From: an uncultured Halobacteriales archaeon
GTDB taxonomy: Archaea > Halobacteriota > Halobacteria > Halobacteriales > Hikarchaeaceae
Length of the DNA: 64,000 bases
Reading direction: 5' to 3'
NCBI GenBank assembly: GCA_964542445.1
Contig: CAZITY010000001.1
Location: 42,485-106,484 of the forward strand
In this document: one piece after another, positions 17,838 through 27,775 of the stretch
Layout: every line of letters starts with the position of its first letter
Numbering within the stretch: the first letter of the stretch is position 1
The notes under the pieces: model-generated
Told to the model about the DNA's origin: nothing
The model's database searches: none
The model's input: the letters and a program-made list of their open reading frames with translations, nothing else
Translations under genes and position numbers: made by a program

Positions 17838-20318
17838 CTAGCCTTCCGCGTTTGACTGCCAATCCTCAATCTGCCGAGCGCTCACTCCAGAAATCCCACT
17901 AGCAACCACACTCGGATCCGCTTCACATAACTCACTCACCGTCTCAATCCCAGCATCTGCTAGTTTCTCAGCTGTTTTCCCACCAATCCCACGAATAGAC
18001 TGTATCCCATTCAATTCATCCGCTTCGCCAATGTAATTCTGATAATTACAGATTGGACAACCGAGTTCCCATGGATCGCCCCCATTGTGAATCACCACTT
18101 CTGGTAATTCGTGTTCCGCGCATTCAGTCGATGTTATTTCGAGGTCGCCTCGACGAGGCAACGGTAACGAATACTCACACGTTGGATACCGAGTACATCC
18201 AACTAGCCGCGACCCACTATTAACTCGTTTAACCGCGAGTTCCCCGCCAAGCGATCCACATTCCGGGCAATCACCAATCACTATTGCCTCTTGCTCCTCT
18301 GTGGCTTCCGCTTCACACGCCGGACACCCATGCACAAATGACTGCTTTCCCGCTTCCATTTTCACCTGTTTCAACCCGTGATCTGAGCATTCCTCACTCA
18401 GAATCACAGGGTCCCCTTTCTTAGGTAACGGCAGCGTAAAATCACAATCCGGATACCCGTCACACCCAATGAACTGTCCACTACTCCCAGATCGAATCAA
18501 TAACCGACTTGAACACTCAGGACACTCACCAACCGACTGGTCATCCTTTAATTTATCCTGAATATACGCCCCAATTTCCTCTTCTGAAGTAGCAAGCTCA
18601 GTGAAGACGCGACGGAGCATTTCTCTCGATTCAGCGGTTACCTCCTCTAGGGATTTCTCGCCGTCCGCGATTGCTTCCATATCGGCTTCGAGTTCCGCTG
18701 TCATCGACTCACTCACCACCAGCTCAGCGTATTCTGCTGCGGCTTCAACCACCCCTCGCGCTAATTGTGTCGGTCGGGGAGGATCGCCCTCCGCATACCC
18801 CCGTTCATACAATTTATCGATCACATTGTGCCGCGTTGACTTCGTCCCAATCCCCATCGATTCCATTTTTTCAATAAGTTGAGACTGACCGAACCGATTT
18901 GGTGGTTGAGTTTCCTTCTCCATTAACTCCACCTCAGTAACATCGATCGACTCCCCTTCGCTTACAGAAGGAATCGGTGATTCAGCCGTGTTAAAGTATG
19001 GATACACCGCATGATATCCCGGCGTCACTAACCGTTTCCCGGTGGCTTTTAACGCCAATCCATTTGCCCGTAACTCAACCCGGACATGCTCCCACGTCGC
19101 AGGCGAAGCAACCGTAGCCATAAACCGGCGAACTACCAACTCATACACTCGCCATTCGCTACTCGACAAGGATTGCTTTCGCGGAACGTCGAAAGTCGGG
19201 TGAATCGGCGGGTGGTCAGTCGTGCGCGTATCCCCCCGAGTTGGGCTTACATCTCCATCCAATAATCGCGATGCATCCCCCTCAAACTGCCCGGTTTTCG
19301 CAAGCGTCGACAACACCCCACGAAGATTCAATCCCCCCGGGTACACCGTATTATCCGTCCTCGGATACGTAATATGGCCTTTCATATACAGCGACTCCGC
19401 AATACTCATCGCTTGCTTCGCCCCAAACCCAATCGCACCTGCTGCCCGGATGAACTGCGTCGTGTTAAATGGCACCGGCGGGTAATCGTTCCGCGTATTT
19501 CGTTCAACGTGATTAATCGTCGCCCGCTCAGCCCCCTCTAATACTCTTGTAACGGCAGTCGCTTCTGATTCATCCCAAATCCGCTCTTTCTCATTATCAT
19601 CAACGTCTAGGTGGTAGTACTGCGCTTCGAACGACGAATCGTTCTTCACTACCGTCGCGAATAATTCCCAAAACGAGGTTGGTTCGAATTCTTCTATTTC
19701 ACGTTCACGATCGACGATGAGTTTTAACGTTGGTGACTGCACCCGCCCCACAGAAATAAAATCATCTCCATACCGATTCGCTGCTAACGACAAAAACCGG
19801 GTCAACGCCGCTCCCCAAATCAAGTCAATGATCTGCCGAGCTTCCCCCGCAGCCGCCAATTCGTAATCGATGGCCGACGGTGATGCAAACGCATCCTTCA
19901 CGGCAGTTTCAGTGAGTGAAGAGAACCGCACCCGATCAATCGGCACGTCAGCGGCTACTTCACGGACCAACTCGGCGGCTTCTTTCCCAATTAGTTCACC
20001 CTCCCGGTCATAATCAGTTGCAATCACGGCTCCAGACGCACTAGTCGCCAATCGTTGTAACTCCCGAACAATATTACTCCGCGTCGGTGATTTCACTATC
20101 TCCGCATCCACGAGTGCAGAGGGATCTATCTGATTCCAATTTGAATACTCATCCGGAAAATCAACACCAACAACATGCCCCGACAATCCAATTACACGAT
20201 TCCCACTCCACGCATACACGTTCACAGATCCAGATCGCTTGTTTTTCGCAGATCCATCACTCAGGATGTCAGCGATCCGCCGCGCAGCGTTATCCTTTTC
20301 AGAGACTATTAATCTCAT
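17838..20318 (-). CDS. topA: DNA topoisomerase I (type IA) with C-terminal zinc ribbons and HhH
   Basis: MRLIVSEKDNAARRIADIL starts the TOPRIM domain (...ATDYDREGE...), followed by ITYPRTDN around the active-site Tyr. There are several CPxC zinc ribbons, and a HhH at the C-terminus. Confidence 0.9.
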   Translation of the reverse strand: MRLIVSEKDNAARRIADILSDGSAKNKRSGSVNVYAWSGNRVIGLSGHVVGVDFPDEYSNWNQIDPSALVDAEIVKSPTRSNIVRELQRLATSASGAVIATDYDREGELIGKEAAELVREVAADVPIDRVRFSSLTETAVKDAFASPSAIDYELAAAGEARQIIDLIWGAALTRFLSLAANRYGDDFISVGRVQSPTLKLIVDREREIEEFEPTSFWELFATVVKNDSSFEAQYYHLDVDDNEKERIWDESEATAVTRVLEGAERATINHVERNTRNDYPPVPFNTTQFIRAAGAIGFGAKQAMSIAESLYMKGHITYPRTDNTVYPGGLNLRGVLSTLAKTGQFEGDASRLLDGDVSPTRGDTRTTDHPPIHPTFDVPRKQSLSSSEWRVYELVVRRFMATVASPATWEHVRVELRANGLALKATGKRLVTPGYHAVYPYFNTAESPIPSVSEGESIDVTEVELMEKETQPPNRFGQSQLIEKMESMGIGTKSTRHNVIDKLYERGYAEGDPPRPTQLARGVVEAAAEYAELVVSESMTAELEADMEAIADGEKSLEEVTAESREMLRRVFTELATSEEEIGAYIQDKLKDDQSVGECPECSSRLLIRSGSSGQFIGCDGYPDCDFTLPLPKKGDPVILSEECSDHGLKQVKMEAGKQSFVHGCPACEAEATEEQEAIVIGDCPECGSLGGELAVKRVNSGSRLVGCTRYPTCEYSLPLPRRGDLEITSTECAEHELPEVVIHNGGDPWELGCPICNYQNYIGEADELNGIQSIRGIGGKTAEKLADAGIETVSELCEADPSVVASGISGVSARQIEDWQSNAEG

Positions 20319-20422
20319 GTTGACACGTTACAACTCAATTATTACACCAGTACATGACCCATAAAGAAAACACTTCGTCAAACACTCTCATATCCACGAC
20401 TAGCACGGAGCGGCCGAAGCGG

Positions 20423-21904
20423 TCATTGGGCCGGTAACCGCTCCTGTAACAATCCATTTACCGTTTTCGGATCGGCTCGCCCCCCTGTTTTCTGCATCAC
20501 TTGTCCAACAAGATAATTAATCGCGTTATCCTCTCCAGACAGATAATCATCCACGACCTCTGGATTCTCCTCAATGGCCTCAGCGACCGCCTCTGCAACG
20601 ATCGATTCACCGGCTTTCCGTAGATCTTCCCGTTCGATGATCGTTGCCGGCGAATCACCCGTATCAAGCAGTTCTCGCAACACAACTTCCTCCGCGTTCT
20701 TCTGCGTAATCTCTCCCGTATTCACTAACTCAATTATTTGTTTGAACTCATCTAACTGGTCATCAACCGCACTAATCGACAACCCGCGATAATTAAGTTC
20801 ACCAAGCAAGGTATCAGCTACCCACGCTGATGCTAGCTCTGGGTCAAACTCACTAGCTACCTCCTCGAAGAAATCCGCTGTATTCTTTGTCGTTGTTAAC
20901 TTAGATGCCTCTTCTGCTGACAATTCGTACTCCTCTCTAAAACGCACTCGCCGGGCATCTGGCAATTCTGGAATTTCGATCTCTTCTCGCCAACCAGCCA
21001 CTCGAAGCGCTGGCAAATCGGCCTCTTGGAAATACCGATAATCCTTCTCCGCTTCTTTTGCCCGCATCGATAACGTGATGCCCTTATCCTCATCCCAATG
21101 CCGCGTTTCTTGTGCCACAGAACGCCCATGTTTCACCGCGTTTTTCTGCCGAGAAATCTCAAACGCCAACGCTTTTTCAGCACCACGATAACTCGATATA
21201 TTCTTTACTTCAGTCCGATTCGCCGCCTCCAACATGGCTTTCGTTGGTTGACCTGACGCGCCGATTGAGTCATTTTCGATCAGTGATATATTTGCATCAA
21301 CCCGCAGACTCCCATCCCGATTCGAATCAAACACATCAAGATATTCGAGCACTTCCTCGAGTTTTTTCAAAAATACACGAACTTCTTGTGGCGATCGTAA
21401 ATCCGGGGCGGTCACAATCTCCATTAACGGCGTGCCGGCACGATTGTAATCAATTAAGGTGTAGTCAGCAGAATCGATACTCCCCCCGACATGTTGGAGG
21501 CTCCCTGGATCTTCCTCTAGATGCGCTCGTTCAATCGTAACGCTCCGTTCTTCATTCTCGACGGAAATCGATAACTCCCCACCCTCACAAATCGGGGCAT
21601 CATACTGAGATATCTGGAATCCTTTCGGCAAATCAGGATAAAAATAATTCTTCCGATGAAACACTGTTTCTTCCGGAATATCAGCATTAATGGCTTTCCC
21701 GATTTTCACCGCCGATTCGACAGCCGATTCGTTCAGGACTGGTAATGCCCCTGGTAACCCCAAACATACTGGGCAGACATTGGTATTGGGTTCATCGGGA
21801 ATCGCGGTTGAACACCCACAAAAAATCTTCGTGGTTGTTTCTAATTGAACGTGGACCTCAAGGCCGATTATAACAGCAAGTTCAGGTTCGGCCTTTGTAC
21901 TCAT
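20423..21904 (-). CDS. gatB: Asp-tRNA(Asn)/Glu-tRNA(Gln) amidotransferase subunit B
   Basis: ...VIIGLEVHVQL...KIFCGC...NTNVCPVCLGLPGALPVLN is the canonical GatB sequence. The track start 21910 is a TTG. The ATG at 21904 lies 24 nt downstream of a TATA-like box. Confidence 0.9.
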   Translation of the reverse strand: MSTKAEPELAVIIGLEVHVQLETTTKIFCGCSTAIPDEPNTNVCPVCLGLPGALPVLNESAVESAVKIGKAINADIPEETVFHRKNYFYPDLPKGFQISQYDAPICEGGELSISVENEERSVTIERAHLEEDPGSLQHVGGSIDSADYTLIDYNRAGTPLMEIVTAPDLRSPQEVRVFLKKLEEVLEYLDVFDSNRDGSLRVDANISLIENDSIGASGQPTKAMLEAANRTEVKNISSYRGAEKALAFEISRQKNAVKHGRSVAQETRHWDEDKGITLSMRAKEAEKDYRYFQEADLPALRVAGWREEIEIPELPDARRVRFREEYELSAEEASKLTTTKNTADFFEEVASEFDPELASAWVADTLLGELNYRGLSISAVDDQLDEFKQIIELVNTGEITQKNAEEVVLRELLDTGDSPATIIEREDLRKAGESIVAEAVAEAIEENPEVVDDYLSGEDNAINYLVGQVMQKTGGRADPKTVNGLLQERLPAQ

Positions 21905-21928
21905 TACCAAATCTTGGGTGATGGGTCC

Positions 21929-21937
21929 TTATAAAAA
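21929..21937 (-). promoter_or_regulatory. TATA-like box (TTTTTATAA on minus strand) for gatB
   Basis: The A/T box ends 24 nt upstream of the gatB ATG at 21904, which fits a leaderless or short-leader haloarchaeal promoter. Confidence 0.45.
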
Positions 21938-22039
21938 GCCCGAGGTCGAGCCTCCGATTGAACTATTCTTCGCGGCTTCGTGTCCGTCAGTTAGCTAAAT
22001 CCAATGGAAATATTACTGGGTCTCGTAATCAAACGGGTA

Positions 22040-22458
22040 ATGGAGACCGGGCCTCAGATTACTACTGTTTCTGCTGTTCCATCAGAGTCAACGATGGTAT
22101 TTCGTGTTCGCAATACGAAAACTGAGCAGGAGAAAGAAGCCTTTTTAACCCGAGTTACGGGGAGATCAGCGCATGGTTCAATTATTGCCAGCATTTAACG
22201 CATATTCGGTTGGACAAGGGAACTGGTGCCGAAATCAGGGATGGAGAAGTAGGATGTACAAATCACGGCGCCTATTTCGAACTTGACGATGGGTATTGTA
22301 ACTATGGCCCGTGTGAAGGAGCGTACCTCACGGAGCTTTCGATAACCATCGATAACGAAGCAGTGTATCTAGATGATCCCCACTATGAGTTCATCGCCGT
22401 TGGTCCAGAGTGTACCGACCCTACTGATTTAACTTCTACCTCGAATATCGAATTCTAA
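22040..22458 (+). pseudogene. Rieske (2Fe-2S) domain protein interrupted by a 1-nt frameshift
   Basis: Frame A (22040..22198) reads METGPQITTVSAVPSESTMVFRVRNTKTEQEKEAFLTRVTG. Frame B, read upstream of the caller's TTG, gives GEISAWFNYCQHLTHIRLDKGTGAEIRDGEVGCTNHGAYFELDDGYCNYGPCEGAYL... This contains both Rieske boxes (CxH and CxxH). The frames join at the G4 run 22159-22162. The TATA-like AAATATTA at 22008-22015 lies 24 nt before the ATG at 22040. Confidence 0.6.
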
Positions 22459-22581
22459 TCATCCTTTCACTCATCCAACACCGCGCACGATTCCGAAACA
22501 GGACTAGTATCAATAGTCGATTTGGTGCGAGGGGAGGTCTACCTCGATTTATTCGACAATTCTGAGCGTAAAACTACAAAG

Positions 22582-22588
22582 TTTATAT
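22582..22588 (+). promoter_or_regulatory. TATA box (TTTATAT) for the DUF1931 gene
   Basis: It ends 25 nt upstream of the ATG at 22614, which is canonical spacing for a leaderless haloarchaeal transcript. Confidence 0.5.
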
Positions 22589-22613
22589 CCGTGAATGAGA
22601 ATAATCTGACCGT

Positions 22614-22781
22614 ATGACGGACTTGATTGTAAAATCCAACGTCAAGGACAAACTCGGCGATATCAACGTTTCATCTGACTTTTATGATGCCCTTAACGAG
22701 AAGGTTGAAGATTTACTGGATGACGCCTCTCGGCGGGCTGAGGCAAATGACCGGAAAACCGTTCAGCCTCGCGATTTATAA
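22614..22781 (+). CDS. DUF1931 family small histone-fold-like protein
   Basis: Not in ORF track (55 aa). My translation is MTDLIVKSNVKDKLGDINVSSDFYDALNEKVEDLLDDASRRAEANDRKTVQPRDL. The ending RKTVQPRDL is typical of this haloarchaeal family. A TATA box sits at the right distance. Confidence 0.75.
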   Translation: MTDLIVKSNVKDKLGDINVSSDFYDALNEKVEDLLDDASRRAEANDRKTVQPRDL

Positions 22782-22867
22782 CCAGTTGTTCCACCATAGT
22801 AGGCGGGCCGGTCTGATTAATCCCGTCTACTCAGCATCCAATGGCGTGCTAGCTCTGGCTAGGTGAA

Positions 22868-23221
22868 TTAGCTGGCTTGGTCGATCCAATTTTGGATTCT
22901 GGATTCTGCAATTCCGGTTTGTTCTGCAAGGGTTTCAGGCTCAGCGCCGGCAAGATCGTCGACTGTGTTGACACCGGCTTCACCGAGTTTTTTGGCGTAC
23001 GAGGGCCCGATTCCTTTTATAGAATCTACTGGTTCACTCGGGGTTTCATCGGGAACCGTAGTGTCTGGTTCTTGGGGTTCCGCTTCAGTGATCGATGAAT
23101 CTGTTGAGTCATCTTCGGCTGCTGGTTCTTGGGGTATAGAGGGTGAATAATCCTCTTGGGGACGAGTCGCTCGATTAGAGTTCAGTCCCAGTGCATTTTT
23201 CAATTTGGATATGATTCCCAT
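22868..23221 (-). CDS. helix-hairpin-helix domain protein with acidic low-complexity linker
   Basis: The C-terminal IKGIGPSYAKKLGEAGVNTVDDLAGAEPETLAEQTGI contains tandem HhH motifs. The track start 23242 is a TTG. The ATG at 23221 gives MGIISKLKNALGL. Confidence 0.55.
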   Translation of the reverse strand: MGIISKLKNALGLNSNRATRPQEDYSPSIPQEPAAEDDSTDSSITEAEPQEPDTTVPDETPSEPVDSIKGIGPSYAKKLGEAGVNTVDDLAGAEPETLAEQTGIAESRIQNWIDQAS

Positions 23222-23248
23222 TTTCTGATATGTCCGTCCCAATAGTAC

Positions 23249-24049
23249 TTAAAGTCGTTCCCGGAGTGCATGGTTCATAGAATCAACAGCTGCCTTTTTT
23301 CCTGTCCAAATTTCGAATGCTTCGGCCGCTTGGAACAGTAACATCCACCCACCATCTATCGTTTCTGCACCGGCATTTTCGGCAGCTTGCAGTAACGTTG
23401 TACGGATAGGATGGTAGACAATATCCATTACGACGTGATCACCCGTGATACTCCCTGGTGGAATAACCGTTTTGTCTTCACCCATTCCGACGCTTGTTGA
23501 ATTTACTAGTATGTCACTCTTTGGTGCGATTGTAGGTATTTCGTCGAGACTGTAGCTTGAGGCATTATTGATCGAACTCGCGAGGGATTGTGCCCGATCC
23601 GTTGTTCTGTTCGCTATGTTAACCGTAGCTCCAGCGTCGGTTAATCCGTGTGCGATTGCTTTCCCAGCACCGCCCGCTCCAATGAGGAGTACTCGTGTCT
23701 CCGCTAGCGAGACATCGTGATATTCGAATGCTCTGACAACCCCCGATGCATCCGTATTATGACCAGTTGGTGGTGACTGACTGAAATCGATAGTGTTCGT
23801 TGCCCCGATTCGGGCGGTCAGAGAGTCAGGATCCACGAATGCTAACACTTCTTCTTTAAAGGGGATTGTGACATTGAGACCTTGAATTCCGAGTGCCTCT
23901 GCTCCCTCCAACGCAGCGTTGAGGTTATCCATCGTTGGTTCGAAAATAACATAGCGAGCGTTGAAGTCGTATTCTTCGTACGCTGTTTCGTGTAGAATCG
24001 GTGAATGAGAATGGCCAACGGGATTACCGATCAGCCCGAATACCTTCAT
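23249..24049 (-). CDS. aroE: shikimate dehydrogenase
   Basis: MKVFGLIGNPVGHSHSPILHETAY...GLNVTIPFKE...GAGGAGKAI are AroE motifs. The ATG at 24049 is preferred over the longer track ORF. Confidence 0.85.
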   Translation of the reverse strand: MKVFGLIGNPVGHSHSPILHETAYEEYDFNARYVIFEPTMDNLNAALEGAEALGIQGLNVTIPFKEEVLAFVDPDSLTARIGATNTIDFSQSPPTGHNTDASGVVRAFEYHDVSLAETRVLLIGAGGAGKAIAHGLTDAGATVNIANRTTDRAQSLASSINNASSYSLDEIPTIAPKSDILVNSTSVGMGEDKTVIPPGSITGDHVVMDIVYHPIRTTLLQAAENAGAETIDGGWMLLFQAAEAFEIWTGKKAAVDSMNHALRERL

Positions 24050-24150
24050 GTGTGTATCGCTTACTGGATATTGTATAAGTAAACCGTTCCCAAGTATTAC
24101 TCGATCCAACCATATATCAGTGTACCGTGAAGTCTTATGAGTAACTAGTC

Positions 24151-25485
24151 GTGATCGGTATAGTAATCAGTCGAGAAGATACGGCTTCGACACGGATTGG
24201 AGGACGTCTGCGACAAATTGCGTCATGGCAAGAACGGTACGATGAGTCTCGTTGCGATGCCGAGGGGGGTGGGGTGTTTTATTCGCTGCCTGGATTCTCG
24301 TTACGGGAATTTGATGCGTTACACATTGAGTTATCGAACGTCGAACAGGCGTTCGATGATGTCGATCTGATTGTTTTCCCGTCGCGGCATGCCGGTGAGT
24401 CAGGTAAATTACTTACTGCGCATTTTACGGGGAATATCGGGCCAGCTGATTACGGGGGAAACGCAAACGAGGTCTCGCTCGCTGCACCGGCTGTGTTGAC
24501 TTATTTTTACAGGTCTCTGTCCGAAAACGCCTCGTCTCAGTATGATGTCGGGATTGAGGCAACACATCACGGTCCCCTAGTGACAGAGGTACCGTCGTTG
24601 TTTGTAGAAGTCGGTAGCAGTGAATCAGAATGGACTGATCCTGTCCCTGCAGAAACTATCGCTCGCGCGATTCTAGACCTCCCAACAGAGGGCGTTGGTA
24701 CTGATCGTGTCATCGTGGGATTTGGCGGTGGTCATTATGCACCACGATTCGAACGCATTCTCAGCGAAACGGATTGGTCTCTCGGACACATCGCAGCTGA
24801 GTGGTGTCTCGATCGAATATCTTCTTTCGAATCTGGGATCATCGATCAATTATTCGAACGGAGCAACACGCATTTTGCGCTCATAGATGGTGACCGACCA
24901 GTGTTGGAATCATATCTCTGTTCTCGTGAGTATCGCATTGTCAGTGAAACCTGGATTAGAGAAACCACCGGCGTCCCGCTATCGCTTGTCGAGGAGCTTG
25001 AATCAGCGCTAGATACGATTGACGCTGGTCTCCGGTTCGGTGTGGACCGAGAGAACCCTCAGAATTACGGAATTTTTACAATCGCCCCGGAACTCATCTC
25101 GAAAGCGGCTAGTCTTGACGCCCAAGAAACCCGATCTGTATTGCGTGATCATGCAATTGCGTATCTGACGGAAGAAAATGGGAATTTGGTCACCGGGGAA
25201 GTAGCGGTAACTTCCGAGGCCAAGATACATGACATTCTTGAGGGGATCATTGAGATTTTTACTAGGGAATTTGAGGTTGTTGAACGAACAACCGATGCGG
25301 TTCACGTGACTGACCGGGAATTCCGACCCGATCTCGCAAAAAAACATGGTGTAGCGGAAGGACCAGCGTTTGGGAAATTGACAGCAGGTGAGCCTGTCGA
25401 AGTAAATGGAACACGGGTTACTCCTAATATGGTTTTTCGAGAATACACCGAAACGTTCCCATTAACATTCTCAAAATCACTGTAA
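24151..25485 (+). CDS. dtdA: D-aminoacyl-tRNA deacylase, archaeal DtdA (DTD2) type, long form
   Basis: MIGIVISREDTAS...VFPSRHAGESGKLLTAHFTGN...EATHHGP are DTD2 motifs in the N-terminal half. There is an additional C-terminal region of about 170 aa. Confidence 0.75.
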   Translation: MIGIVISREDTASTRIGGRLRQIASWQERYDESRCDAEGGGVFYSLPGFSLREFDALHIELSNVEQAFDDVDLIVFPSRHAGESGKLLTAHFTGNIGPADYGGNANEVSLAAPAVLTYFYRSLSENASSQYDVGIEATHHGPLVTEVPSLFVEVGSSESEWTDPVPAETIARAILDLPTEGVGTDRVIVGFGGGHYAPRFERILSETDWSLGHIAAEWCLDRISSFESGIIDQLFERSNTHFALIDGDRPVLESYLCSREYRIVSETWIRETTGVPLSLVEELESALDTIDAGLRFGVDRENPQNYGIFTIAPELISKAASLDAQETRSVLRDHAIAYLTEENGNLVTGEVAVTSEAKIHDILEGIIEIFTREFEVVERTTDAVHVTDREFRPDLAKKHGVAEGPAFGKLTAGEPVEVNGTRVTPNMVFREYTETFPLTFSKSL

Positions 25486-25551
25486 TTGTCAGACAATCGT
25501 ATGACAACAGGGGGAACAATAATGAGTCTTCGTTGGTAACTGACCGTTAGC

Positions 25552-26703
25552 ATGGATTCTATCGTCGAAGATGCGATCGACGAGGCTGAAGAAAACGGCG
25601 ATCAAATTGACCAGCAACAAACTGCTGAAAAACAAGTGAGTTCGCCAGATGTCAACGCCTCCGGGGAAATGACTGATGAAGAATTGCGGGAAGTACTCGA
25701 GGACCTGCAAACGAATATTACGGTAGTGGGTTGTGGTGGGGGCGGTGGGAACACAGTGAATCGGATGTTTGAAGAAGGTATTCATGGTGCGCACTTGGTT
25801 GCAGCTAATACCGATGTCCAGCATTTAGTAGAAATCAGTGCCGATACGAAAATCCTCCTCGGTGAACAAAAAACGAAAGGCCGAGGGGCTGGGTCGCTCC
25901 CACAGGTTGGGGAAGAAGCCGCGTTAGAGAGTCAAGGTGACATTCGTGATGCCTTAGAAGGGGCGGACATGGTGTTCGTTACTGCGGGGCTCGGCGGTGG
26001 CACGGGTACGGGCGCTGCTCCTGTTGTTGCTAAAGCGGCCCGTGATTCTGGTGCTCTCACAATTTCGATTGTAACCACGCCATTCACGGCTGAGGGGGAG
26101 GTCCGCCGAACGAATGCCGAAGCAGGTCTAGAGCGGTTACGGGACGTGAGCGATACGGTGATTGTGGTCCCAAATGATCGATTACTGGATTCGGTCGGTA
26201 AATTACCTGTTCGGCAAGCGTTCAAGGTGGCAGATGAAGTCCTCATGCGGAGTGTGAAGGGGATCACGGAACTCATCACCATGCCTGGGTTGGTTAACTT
26301 GGACTTCGCCGATGTTCGGACAGTAATGGAACGAGGTGGTGTAGCGATGATCGGGCTCGGTGAATCGGATTCTGAAGCGAAATCTACCGATTCAGTCAAA
26401 GCCGCGTTGCGTTCCCCGTTATTAGATGTCGATATTTCGGATGCTAACTCTGCGCTTGTTAACGTGACAGGTGGCTCTGATATGGCTATCGAGGAAGCAG
26501 AAGGGGTCGTTGAAGAGATTTATGACCGGATCGACCCAGATGCACGCATCATTTGGGGGACTTCAATTGATCCCGATCTCGAGGGTAAAATGCGGACAAT
26601 GATCGTTGTCACCGGTGTTGATTCTCCTCAAATTTATGGACGGAACGAAGCCGCTCAAGCCAAAGCAGAACAACGCCTTGAAGATATTGATTACGTAGAA
26701 TAA
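25552..26703 (+). CDS. ftsZ: cell division protein FtsZ (FtsZ1-like, in the ftsZ-secE-nusG cluster)
   Basis: [17 protein letters not shown]...NTDVQHL...[15 protein letters not shown] is the tubulin/FtsZ signature. Confidence 0.9.
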   Translation: MDSIVEDAIDEAEENGDQIDQQQTAEKQVSSPDVNASGEMTDEELREVLEDLQTNITVVGCGGGGGNTVNRMFEEGIHGAHLVAANTDVQHLVEISADTKILLGEQKTKGRGAGSLPQVGEEAALESQGDIRDALEGADMVFVTAGLGGGTGTGAAPVVAKAARDSGALTISIVTTPFTAEGEVRRTNAEAGLERLRDVSDTVIVVPNDRLLDSVGKLPVRQAFKVADEVLMRSVKGITELITMPGLVNLDFADVRTVMERGGVAMIGLGESDSEAKSTDSVKAALRSPLLDVDISDANSALVNVTGGSDMAIEEAEGVVEEIYDRIDPDARIIWGTSIDPDLEGKMRTMIVVTGVDSPQIYGRNEAAQAKAEQRLEDIDYVE

Positions 26704-26704
26704 C

Positions 26705-26710
26705 TTTTTT
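26705..26710 (+). terminator. oligo-T tract directly after the ftsZ stop
   Basis: TAA C TTTTTT: six Ts start 2 nt after the stop codon. Archaeal intrinsic termination uses T-runs. Confidence 0.4.
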
Positions 26711-26817
26711 GAGGCCAGTAGGTTTCTTGTGTGCGAGTGGAATCCATGCGTTGCTCCTTCAACTTGAAGGCCCGGGGTCGATAGATAGAAAAACCCAGGC
26801 GTGTTATTTTTCAATCA

Positions 26818-26985
26818 ATGGACGTTCCGTATGATTTAGCATCGTATATCCGAGTACTCAAATTAGCGAGTACACCGTCTTGGGAAGAGTTCTCTCAGGT
26901 GTCGAAAATCGCTGGTCTCGGGATTCTCCTCGTTGGGTTGCTCGGCTTCATCGTGTTTGCAATAATGACGTTTGTACCATCATGA
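26818..26985 (+). CDS. secE: protein translocase subunit SecE (Sec61 gamma)
   Basis: Not in ORF track (55 aa). My translation is [55 protein letters not shown], with a single C-terminal TM segment. It sits between ftsZ and nusG as in other Euryarchaeota. Confidence 0.8.
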   Translation: MDVPYDLASYIRVLKLASTPSWEEFSQVSKIAGLGILLVGLLGFIVFAIMTFVPS

Positions 26986-26996
26986 GGTGATTCAGA

Positions 26997-27434
26997 ATGG
27001 GAATGTTTGCAATAAAGACAACGGCGAGCCAGGAACAGACAGTTGCTGATATGATAGCGAGTCGGGAAGAGGAATCGATTCATGCGGTACTGGCACCAGA
27101 CTCGTTAACGAGTTACGTGATGGTAGAGGCAGAGGATTCGAGTGTTTTTGATCGGATTCTCGATGAAATTCCGCACGCCCGTGGCATTGTGCCAGGTGAA
27201 AGTTCAATCGCCGAAGTTGAACATTTTCTTTCACCGAAACCTGATGTTGAAGGGATTGCGGAGGGCGATATCGTTGAATTGGTGGCTGGGCCGTTCAAGG
27301 GAGAAAAAGCCCAAGTGCAACGAATCGATGAATCAAAGGACCAAGTCACGGTTGAGTTATACGAGGCTACTGTCCCGATCCCAGTTACAGTCCGTGGTGA
27401 TCAAATCCGCGTGCTGGACTCTGAAGAACGCTAG
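26997..27434 (+). CDS. nusG: transcription elongation factor Spt5 (NusG)
   Basis: [18 protein letters not shown]... is the NGN domain. The KOW motif is [22 protein letters not shown]. Confidence 0.9.
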   Translation: MGMFAIKTTASQEQTVADMIASREEESIHAVLAPDSLTSYVMVEAEDSSVFDRILDEIPHARGIVPGESSIAEVEHFLSPKPDVEGIAEGDIVELVAGPFKGEKAQVQRIDESKDQVTVELYEATVPIPVTVRGDQIRVLDSEER

Positions 27435-27454
27435 TAGCGATAAAGAATTTGTCT

Positions 27455-27775
27455 TCAGTCGCCTGCGCTTGCGACTTGTGGATTTACGTCTTCGTCTGAG
27501 GGATAAATCTCCGTTAAGTCAACGGTTTCTTCAATATATTCTTTGAGTTCTTCGCGATACCGGATATCGTTGGAAGAAGCATCGTAGGCTCGAACGTACT
27601 CAGCCCGTGTATTCTCGTCTAACGCGTGTTTAATAGCGCCGAAGCCAGCGGGGACCAACGTACCACAAACCTGGCATTCTCGGGATTGATGGTCGTTTAG
27701 TTGGTGTCGAACGACTGCATCGACCGACTGGTAAGTCTCACCGCAGCCCATGATCCCGCATTGCCAGGATGACAT
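27455..27775 (-). CDS. small C2H2-type zinc finger protein
   Basis: MSSWQCGIMGCGETYQSVDAVVRHQLNDH has C-x4-C-x12-H-x4-H spacing, followed by a second CQVC...H half-site. The ATG at 27775 is preferred to the track start 27805. Confidence 0.55.
   Translation of the reverse strand: MSSWQCGIMGCGETYQSVDAVVRHQLNDHQSRECQVCGTLVPAGFGAIKHALDENTRAEYVRAYDASSNDIRYREELKEYIEETVDLTEIYPSDEDVNPQVASAGD

Noticed and set aside
22684-22866. 60-aa ORF in the track downstream of the Rieske gene
   Set aside because: It overlaps, out of frame, the hand-found 55-aa DUF1931 gene (22614..22781). That gene has a family-typical sequence and a correctly spaced TATA box.
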